From Actinomycetota bacterium (GTDB lineage Bacteria; Actinomycetota; Actinomycetes; S36-B12; UBA10799), in the NCBI GenBank assembly GCA_035429705.1, contig DAOMFH010000002.1, positions 1 through 33,198 of the forward strand: 33,198 nt of DNA, in the 5' to 3' direction. Shown piece after piece: positions 17,338 through 24,112 of this stretch (the stretch's first letter is position 1; each line of letters starts with the position of its first letter). A program made the position numbers and the translations under genes. Below the pieces are notes generated by a model. That model saw only the letters and a program-made list of their open reading frames with translations. It ran no database searches and was not told the origin of the DNA.

Positions 17338-19176
17338 TCAGCGAGCCCCAGTCGAGTCCACCGCTCCAAGTGCCGAGAGTATACCCAGAGAGGCCGCAAA
17401 CAAGTAGACCATTGATTCCGTCTCGCTACACCGCCCGGAGGTCCTGCTGCGTTCGGCCCTCCGGCGCACGCCAGACTCGTCCATGAGCTCATCCGGACAC
17501 CTCGAGATGAGGTCAATCAGTGCGCCGAAGGCGTCATCATCCCGCAGCAGGAAACTGGCATCCACGCGGAAGGCGGCCTTCTCGAAATCCAGTGCCCGGA
17601 GTCTGGGATTCCTGTCGGCCAGGCGCGCAAGCAGTTGCCGCACGGGCAGTTTGCCCGTGTCAATCCCGATCAGAGTGCTGGGGTCCTGGTCCAATGCCCA
17701 ACTCGCCACCGGCGCCGCCAGATAGGGCGGACGAAGTTCGACCCCCTCCTCCATCCATGCGTGATCCCCCTGCACCGTCAGCAAGTAGGCTCCCAGCAGT
17801 CCCTGTAGATCGGCGGCTCGGCGCGACTCCAGCGCCGCCACGACGTCGCCCCCCTCGTCCGGCGGTTCGGGAACCCGCAGCAATTGGTCCCTCAGCGGCT
17901 GCCGGAACAGGTCCGCGACCGGCTTGAGCAACGCGGCGCGCATGGTGACGGTTTTGCCCGCCAGGCCGATGGTCCCGCGCCAGTAGGCACGCATCCAGGT
18001 GCTGCTGCGATCAGCACCGATCTCCGGTATGCCGAACTGCCCCCAGTCCAAGGTGTCAATCGGACCGAATAGCCCTTCCCGCGCCGCGATCACCCGATAC
18101 GAATCGTACCCACAGAAGAGTTCATCGGAACCTTCACCCGAGATGACGCCTCGGACTCCCTGCTTCCTGGCGAACTGAGCCAGCGCCGTCATCCCGATCG
18201 GACCCAGACGTACCAGGGGGACTCGCCGTGTGGAGACGTAGTCGACGAAGACGTCCATGACCACGTCAGGGGTCAATCGCAGTTGGCTGAGATCCATGTC
18301 GAGGGCCTCGGCCACCATCTGTTGTCTGGCTCGCACCGTTTCGTCACCGTCAAGAAAGAGACCCAGCCCGAGTCGCTGACCGAATTCCGCCGCCAGTGCG
18401 CCGACGACAGTCGAATCGATACCGCCGCTGAGCAAGCAGGCCACCCGGCCGGTCGACCTCAGCCGGACCTCGACGGACTTGCGAAGTGCCGATTCCAGAC
18501 TGGCGACATCGGGCTGTTCGTACCGTCCCTCTGTCCAGGAGGGCACCCAGCGTCCGCCGGAATCGATCCTGTCGTTGACGATGGTCAGCGCACATCCCGG
18601 TGCCACCTGATGAATCCCGGTGAACGGTGATAGGTCGCCCTGGGGAGCCCATTCCTCAAGGATTGATGAGAGGCCCGGCAGAGACAGGTTCCATCGCCCG
18701 CCGACCGCCTGCATCAGCGCCTCGATGCCAGAGGCAACGGCCACGCCCCCGTCGAACTCACAGTAGTAGAGGGGGCAGATACCGAAGCGATCACGAACAG
18801 CCAGAACGGGCCCATCCGTCGTCGGCCTGACCAGTGCCGCGAACTGACCATCGATTCTGGTCAGGAAACGGGGACCCTCGCGCGCGAGTCCGGCGACGAG
18901 GATGCCGACCTCGGATCCGTCGGGCCAGTCAAGGTACTGGCGCAGTTCGTCCAGGTTGTAGATCTCGCCGTTGAAGACCGCTGCGGCGCCCCCCTGACCG
19001 ACATAGGGCTGGGTGGATGCTCCCTCCTCCCAGTGGGTCAGTCGCGATGCGACGAGGGAGAGGCCCGGCTCCTGCCAGGCGCCGGTCTCGTCAGGGCCTC
19101 GTCTCGCCAGGGCATTTGCCACGCCCTGCGGGTTCGCGATGCCCGCGTGCCCGACCACACCGGCAAACCCGCACAC
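17338..19176 (-). CDS. asnB: Asparagine synthetase B-family glutamine-hydrolysing amidotransferase
   Basis: 612-aa ORF. It has the N-terminal nucleophile M-CGFAGVVG, the PP-loop ACLLSGGIDSTVVGALA and the motif GEGSDELFCGYDSY. The start is GTG-TGC. Confidence 0.85.
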   Translation of the reverse strand: MCGFAGVVGHAGIANPQGVANALARRGPDETGAWQEPGLSLVASRLTHWEEGASTQPYVGQGGAAAVFNGEIYNLDELRQYLDWPDGSEVGILVAGLAREGPRFLTRIDGQFAALVRPTTDGPVLAVRDRFGICPLYYCEFDGGVAVASGIEALMQAVGGRWNLSLPGLSSILEEWAPQGDLSPFTGIHQVAPGCALTIVNDRIDSGGRWVPSWTEGRYEQPDVASLESALRKSVEVRLRSTGRVACLLSGGIDSTVVGALAAEFGQRLGLGLFLDGDETVRARQQMVAEALDMDLSQLRLTPDVVMDVFVDYVSTRRVPLVRLGPIGMTALAQFARKQGVRGVISGEGSDELFCGYDSYRVIAAREGLFGPIDTLDWGQFGIPEIGADRSSTWMRAYWRGTIGLAGKTVTMRAALLKPVADLFRQPLRDQLLRVPEPPDEGGDVVAALESRRAADLQGLLGAYLLTVQGDHAWMEEGVELRPPYLAAPVASWALDQDPSTLIGIDTGKLPVRQLLARLADRNPRLRALDFEKAAFRVDASFLLRDDDAFGALIDLISRCPDELMDESGVRRRAERSRTSGRCSETESMVYLFAASLGILSALGAVDSTGAR

Positions 19177-19177
19177 G

Positions 19178-19420
19178 TCAGAGGCTTTGGTAGAAGGCGT
19201 GGATGGATGCCAGACTGCGGAAGTCCGACGACCCCGCCCGCATCATCGCGTCCTCGTTCCCAGTCATCTCCACCAAGATGTCCAGAATCGCCACAATCGA
19301 CAGTGAATCGAGCATCCCGGCCTGCGCCAGATTCTCAGAGTCCCGCACGACTGTGTCCTCGTGCGCATAGAAGACCCGCTCCAAGAGCTCGTCCTCCACA
19401 TCACTCCACATAGCCTTCAT
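19178..19420 (-). CDS. Acyl/peptidyl carrier protein (DltC-like)
   Basis: 80-aa ORF with the phosphopantetheine-site motif AGMLDSLSIVAILDIL (Ser39, nt 19304-19306). A strong GGAGGAG SD lies upstream of ATG 19420, and only a 1-nt gap separates it from the asnB-like start. Confidence 0.65.
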   Translation of the reverse strand: MKAMWSDVEDELLERVFYAHEDTVVRDSENLAQAGMLDSLSIVAILDILVEMTGNEDAMMRAGSSDFRSLASIHAFYQSL

Positions 19421-19499
19421 GCCATCCCTCTCCTCCAGGCCACAGAGGCTGAAGTCCTCTTCCTACTCGGGCGTGTGCCCTATCCCGTGCTTCGGCACG

Positions 19500-20438
19500 T
19501 CAACCGCGAAACCGTAGGCTCCGCGTGTGCTGGTACCGAAGCGTGGCAGCGAGCCCGGTTCCAACCTGGCGCAGAGCGTCCACACTCCAACCAGGGCACT
19601 GGGCCGCGAGCCCGGACAGATCCGCCGCATCCAGTTCACCAGATTCCGCCCTTGCCGCCAATTCGGTCAGGACTGCAGCGGGCAGCGCGTAGTAGTAGTC
19701 ACTCTGGGTCTGGGCAAGCTGGTACGTGTCAGTTGTGGGAGGACGCGCGATGATCTCACGCGGAACCCCCACGGCTTCGGCGAGTTCGTAGACCTGCGAC
19801 TTCGACATTCCTCCGATCGGGCAGATGTCAGCCGCGTCATCACCGTATTTCACCACAAACCCAGAGTCCAACTCGTCCCCGTTAGAAGCTCCCACCACCG
19901 CCAGATTCCTGGCCTCGGCTTCAGCATACGCGAAGAGCATCCGCGTCCTCTGCTTCCGGTTCTGGTATGCGATGAGCCTGCGCAAGTCGTCCACTGAAAG
20001 CCGCAGCACCCGCTCAGGCTGACCACGGCGAGGGCCGATCACAGCCTGATACACGAGAGCCCCGAGTTGGCGCGTCAGACCCTGCGAGATGTTGATGGCG
20101 TAGGCATGAGTGGCGGAGTCGTACTCCGGTGCGTACTTGCGGATCAACTCGTCGATCTCGACCGATGGCTGTTGCGACTCGATCGTGGCAGCGATGGACC
20201 GCTCCACAACTTGCACTCCCGCGGCATCAGCAGCGCTCAATACGAACGCGTGAGTCTCCGGGCTGGTCGCCGTGTCGGGCAGATAGAGGGCAGTCACATT
20301 CTCGGGCCCCAGCGCGCGCGCGCAGAGCATGAGCACGGTGGAGGAGTCGACTCCTCCGGAGAGTTGGACAAGAGCCCCCTTCTTGCCCAGGCGATGGATT
20401 TCGGAAGCGATCCAGTCGCTGACGCCGCCGCCGGTCAT
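19500..20438 (-). CDS. NAD+ synthetase (NadE)-like PP-loop ATP pyrophosphatase paralogue
   Basis: 312-aa ORF. It has the PP-loop ALVQLSGGVDSSTVLML and the NadE-type block VVGASNGDELDSGFVVKYGDDAADICPIGGMSKSQVYELAEAVGVP. An ATGA overlap joins it to the upstream ligase. Confidence 0.75.
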   Translation of the reverse strand: MTGGGVSDWIASEIHRLGKKGALVQLSGGVDSSTVLMLCARALGPENVTALYLPDTATSPETHAFVLSAADAAGVQVVERSIAATIESQQPSVEIDELIRKYAPEYDSATHAYAINISQGLTRQLGALVYQAVIGPRRGQPERVLRLSVDDLRRLIAYQNRKQRTRMLFAYAEAEARNLAVVGASNGDELDSGFVVKYGDDAADICPIGGMSKSQVYELAEAVGVPREIIARPPTTDTYQLAQTQSDYYYALPAAVLTELAARAESGELDAADLSGLAAQCPGWSVDALRQVGTGLAATLRYQHTRSLRFRG

Positions 20439-21676
20439 TTGCCACTCTCCCCCAGGCTCAGTTGGTCAACGACGCGCAAGCGTACCATACTCGCCAAAGC
20501 GCCGATCTCCTCATGTAATAGTCTGCGCACTTCACCGAGGTTGCCCACCGGCTGGCTCCCTTCCACGATCTCAACGACAACGATGGAGTCGCCAGTAACC
20601 CTCGCAGGCTGACCAGCTGCCTTGACGACCAGGGGGTGGAAGTGCGCGTCGATGAGCCGCTCGATCGCTTGCAGGTCGACCCTCGTTCCGGCGACGTTCA
20701 GCCACCTGTCCGCCCGCCCATGGTGGATGATCTCCCCACTGTCGAGTCTCGTGCCCAGGTCCCCGGTATGGATGAAGTCCGCGGCCGTGGGCCCGTCAGT
20801 GACCTCACGGTAAGGGGGCTGCAGTATGCACCGCATGGCGTACTCACTGCGTGCCAGAAGCTCTCGCGGCTGCGGGCCGCCAGGGTCGCCGGCGAGTTCG
20901 AGTTCGACACCGGGAATCGGGAAGCCGATGTTGCCCTCCCGGAATCCGGCGAGGGGTCCGCTCCACATGGACAGCCGAGGACCCATCTCGGCCTGGCCGT
21001 ACATGTTGTCCAACCGCGCTTCCGGGAATGCGCCCTGCAGGCTCTGCGCAGACGTCGCCGACAAGCGGCCGCCGGCCACGATCAGGCGCGCGACACTGTC
21101 TGGCTCCAGACCTGCCGAGAGGATCAAGGGGGTGTGCTGCGGCAGCATGTAGATCGCCAGGGGTTCCCCCGAACCCTTGGTCCCGGTGTCGAGACCGGAC
21201 AGCCCCCAATCCGCATCCAGATACTTGACTGCTACGCCGGCCAGGTTGTGACTGTGCAGAATGCTCAATCCATACGCATAGCGAACCGGCGGCAGGGCCA
21301 GGTACAGGCAGTCCTGGTTCAATCGGAGTGCTGAGGCGATGGCGGCGGCATGGCGCTCGACCGTCGACCGATCGTAGACGACGCATTTGGGATTGCCCGT
21401 GGAACCGGACGTGAAGAAGCCGAGGATCGGTCCATCAGCAGCGCCGCCCGGATCAGGCACATCCAGGACGTGCGACGCCGCAGCGAGGTCGGTGACGAGC
21501 GTCGGGCGGTTGGACAACGTCCCGAGGAGGGCTGTGATCCTGTCCAGCCCGTCGAAAGGCTCGCGCGGGCGGATCAGAGCGGACATCCCCTGCTCCACGG
21601 CAGTGAGGTACTGCTCTATGTGGGTCTGCGCAAGCAAGTCCTGATGTTGGATTCTGTTCATCTCTGCTTGCACCAC
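20435..21676 (-). CDS. Short ANL-superfamily adenylate-forming enzyme (acyl/aminoacyl-AMP ligase)
   Basis: 413-aa ORF. It has FFTSGSTGNPKCV at residues 87-99, the motifs NMYGQAEMG and HTGDLG, the hinge motif GRADRWLNVAGTRV and a terminal ..GESGK lysine. The start is GTG 21676 or ATG 21661. Confidence 0.8.
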   Translation of the reverse strand: MVQAEMNRIQHQDLLAQTHIEQYLTAVEQGMSALIRPREPFDGLDRITALLGTLSNRPTLVTDLAAASHVLDVPDPGGAADGPILGFFTSGSTGNPKCVVYDRSTVERHAAAIASALRLNQDCLYLALPPVRYAYGLSILHSHNLAGVAVKYLDADWGLSGLDTGTKGSGEPLAIYMLPQHTPLILSAGLEPDSVARLIVAGGRLSATSAQSLQGAFPEARLDNMYGQAEMGPRLSMWSGPLAGFREGNIGFPIPGVELELAGDPGGPQPRELLARSEYAMRCILQPPYREVTDGPTAADFIHTGDLGTRLDSGEIIHHGRADRWLNVAGTRVDLQAIERLIDAHFHPLVVKAAGQPARVTGDSIVVVEIVEGSQPVGNLGEVRRLLHEEIGALASMVRLRVVDQLSLGESGK

Positions 21677-22033
21677 TCAGCGCAGCACCCCACGAAACTC
21701 CACCCATCCCTACGTGGGCCCCGCCACACACACCCGGGCGTGAGAATCCGCGAGCAGTCCGCGGCGCACGCATGGGTGCTGGTGCAGGGCCACCTACCAA
21801 TGACATGAAGAGGATAGCGTCTTTGCTGTGCCAGGTCCTGGCTCGGCGGACCACCATTCACATGACCCGTCGACCTGGTTCCAGTTCAACCGACCCGCAC
21901 CCCCGGTGCCGGGTTCACCAGACGAGATCCGCGTCAATCGAGCCCGTCACCACCCCGACGTAGGCCAAACTCGCGCCGCCACCCGCCAGAGGCTCAACCT
22001 CTACGATCATGTACGCGAGAGGAGGGTGCCGCT

Positions 22034-23308
22034 GTGGACCTGAAGCAGTACATCGCCGCCTCGGCGCCGATGTTCGACGATCCGCCCGCAGTCTCCCGCG
22101 AGGCCTTCCAGGCATGTGCAGCACTGCTCGCCGCCGGGGAACCGTCCGGCCTGGAGCGACTGGCCGCGTACCTGGGCTGGAGGCGCGAGGAGGTCACCGC
22201 GCTCGCCGAGCAGGGCCGCGCCTTCCGAAGCACCGCTCCGCCGACTCTGCGTGCCCTCATCGCCGCCGGCCACACCGAACAGGTGGAGACGTACGCGCTG
22301 TTCATGGTCCAGGTGACCCGCTTGGCGTGCCTGCAGTTCGCCGCCGGCGACGCCGGGGCCAGCCGCGCGGCCAGTGCCATAGCGGCCACCGTCACCCGCA
22401 CCGCACCGATCAGCAACACCCGGCTGGAACCCGCAGCGCCGGATCCCCAACCCACCGCGCCGGATCCCAAACCCACCGAACAGAGCCTCCGCCCCGACAT
22501 GACGGCCGTCGGCAGGGCTCTCGACGACCTCGAACGCCTCGTCGGGCTCGAGGAGGCCAAGCGGGAGATCAACCAGCAGGTGCAGCTGATCCGGATCGCC
22601 CAGTTGCGCGAGACCGCGGGGCTGCGCAACCCCACCGTCAGCCGGCACCTCGTGTTCGTCGGCAACCCGGGCACCGGCAAGACCACCGTCGCGCGCATCG
22701 TCGGCCGCATCTACACGGCACTGGGCGTCGTGAGGAACGGCCAACTCGTGGAGACCGATGCATCCGGGTTGGTGGCCGGCTACGTGGGGCAGACCGCGCT
22801 GAAGACCCAGGAGCAGATCGACAAAGCGCTCGGCGGCATCCTGTTCGTCGACGAGGCCTACGGGCTGACGCGCAACGACTTCGGGGTCGAGGCCGTTGAC
22901 ACCCTCGTCAAGGCGATGGAGGACCACCGGCACGACTTGGTGGTCATCGTGGCCGGCTACCCGGACAACATGCGCGAGTTCATCTCCAGCAACCCCGGGC
23001 TCGAATCGCGATTCCCCGTAACCGTCGCCTTCGCGGACTACTCCCCCGATGAACTGCTGCTCATCCTGCAACGCATGTGCGCCGACGCCGACTACCAACT
23101 GGCCGAGGACGCCCAGGTCCCGGTTCGCCAAGTGCTCGAGGGCTTGACCGGCGAGTCCGACTTCGGCAATGCCCGCACCGTCCGCAACCTCTTCGAGGCC
23201 GCCGTCCGTGAGCACGCATGGCGGTTGCGTGACGTCACCGAGGTGAGCGTGGAGCAGATGCGCACTCTCGGTGCCGATGATTTCGCGGCGGCGGTTGCGC
23301 CCGAATGA
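22034..23308 (+). CDS. AAA+ ATPase, CbbX/SpoVK/EccA-type, with an unassigned about 190-aa N-terminal region
   Basis: 424-aa ORF. It has Walker A VFVGNPGTGKTTVARI, Walker B ILFVDEAYGL, the block VVIVAGYPDNMREFISSNPGLESRF and a sensor-2-like GNARTVRNLFE. GAGAGGAGGG lies 8 nt before the GTG start. Confidence 0.85.
   Translation: MDLKQYIAASAPMFDDPPAVSREAFQACAALLAAGEPSGLERLAAYLGWRREEVTALAEQGRAFRSTAPPTLRALIAAGHTEQVETYALFMVQVTRLACLQFAAGDAGASRAASAIAATVTRTAPISNTRLEPAAPDPQPTAPDPKPTEQSLRPDMTAVGRALDDLERLVGLEEAKREINQQVQLIRIAQLRETAGLRNPTVSRHLVFVGNPGTGKTTVARIVGRIYTALGVVRNGQLVETDASGLVAGYVGQTALKTQEQIDKALGGILFVDEAYGLTRNDFGVEAVDTLVKAMEDHRHDLVVIVAGYPDNMREFISSNPGLESRFPVTVAFADYSPDELLLILQRMCADADYQLAEDAQVPVRQVLEGLTGESDFGNARTVRNLFEAAVREHAWRLRDVTEVSVEQMRTLGADDFAAAVAPE
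22436..22477 (+). repeat. 21-bp tandem duplication (2 copies, 1 mismatch) inside the AAA+ ATPase linker
   Basis: GCGCCGGATCCCCAACCCACC (22436-22456) is followed directly by GCGCCGGATCCCAAACCCACC (22457-22477). The two copies encode APDPQPT/APDPKPT. Confidence 0.85.
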
Positions 23309-23332
23309 CCTGCGCCCGGGCATGATTGGGCA

Positions 23333-23986
23333 ATGGACGCCACGACCATCCGCCGCGCCGTGGTCATGGCAGTCGGGCTGGCCATCACCTCCGCGGGGCT
23401 GACCCTGGTCTTTCTCGGCATGCGCGCCGTGATGGACGTCGGCGGCTACTGCGCCTCGGGCGGGCCGTACGTCATCGCGCAGGAGTGCCCGCAGGGCACG
23501 GCTGCACTGATTCCGCTGGGGATCATCGGTGGACTGATCGGGCTGGCGATGTATGCGGTGACCTCCGCGAAACTGCCCGGCCCCCGGCTGACGCTGCTGG
23601 CATGGTCGGCGCTGTTCCTCAGTCTCGGGTGGAACTTCTGGGAGTACGGCCTCAACCCGCCGGACGGGTCCGCGGGGCTCGTCTGGGGGTGGATCATCTG
23701 CGGGGTCATGTTTGTCATCATGGGCGCCTTCCCCCTGCTGGGACTGTTCAGCCGCGACATCGCCAAGCGGTTGCTGTGGGCAGATGCACCGTCGGGACAA
23801 CCAGTCGGTCCCAGCCAAGTACGGGCCGCGATCATCCCCCGCCGCGTGTCACCGTCCTCCCTTCCGGCGTCGCAGCAGGACTCCGTCACCGGGGCACTGG
23901 AGAGACTCGCCGCACTACATCAGGCCGGAGCATTGACCGACGAGGAATTCACGGCAGCCAAACAGCGGATTCTGGAGGATCAGTGA
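23333..23986 (+). CDS. Four-TM membrane protein with a C-terminal SHOCT domain
   Basis: 217-aa ORF with four hydrophobic segments. The C-terminal LERLAALHQAGALTDEEFTAAKQRIL matches the SHOCT (short C-terminal) motif. Confidence 0.75.
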   Translation: MDATTIRRAVVMAVGLAITSAGLTLVFLGMRAVMDVGGYCASGGPYVIAQECPQGTAALIPLGIIGGLIGLAMYAVTSAKLPGPRLTLLAWSALFLSLGWNFWEYGLNPPDGSAGLVWGWIICGVMFVIMGAFPLLGLFSRDIAKRLLWADAPSGQPVGPSQVRAAIIPRRVSPSSLPASQQDSVTGALERLAALHQAGALTDEEFTAAKQRILEDQ

Positions 23987-24090
23987 GCAACTCCAGCACC
24001 ACGAAGGCGGCATTCGCGATCCTGCAACTCATCGCGATCCTCGTGGGCGTTGCGCTCGGTGTTCAGCTGTTCCAGTTGTTCTCCGGCTGA
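23983..24090 (+). CDS. 35-aa single-TM micropeptide (hypothetical), translationally coupled to the SHOCT gene
   Basis: Its GTG start overlaps the upstream TGA (GTGA at 23983-23986). It encodes MSNSSTTKAAFAILQLIAILVGVALGVQLFQLFSG. 30 of 35 third codon positions are G/C, which is coding-like. It falls below the ORF-track size cut-off in its own right. Confidence 0.5.
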   Translation: MSNSSTTKAAFAILQLIAILVGVALGVQLFQLFSG

Positions 24091-24105
24091 CCGCGGGCCG
24101 GTCAG
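24085..24105. terminator. GC-rich hairpin between convergent genes (possible bidirectional terminator)
   Basis: GCTGACCG (24085-24092) and CGGTCAGC (24098-24105) form a perfect 8-bp stem with a 5-nt loop. The hairpin lies in the 22-nt gap between the micropeptide stop and the oxidoreductase stop. There is no clear U-tract. Confidence 0.35.
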
Positions 24106-24112
24106 CAGCGGC

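Noticed and set aside
22007-23818. 603-aa minus-strand ORF antisense to the AAA+ ATPase and SHOCT genes
   Set aside because: Its translation is low-complexity Arg/Gly/Pro/Asp/His-rich with no recognisable motif. It lies fully opposite two ORFs that have clear family motifs. Long antisense shadow ORFs are typical of high-GC DNA.
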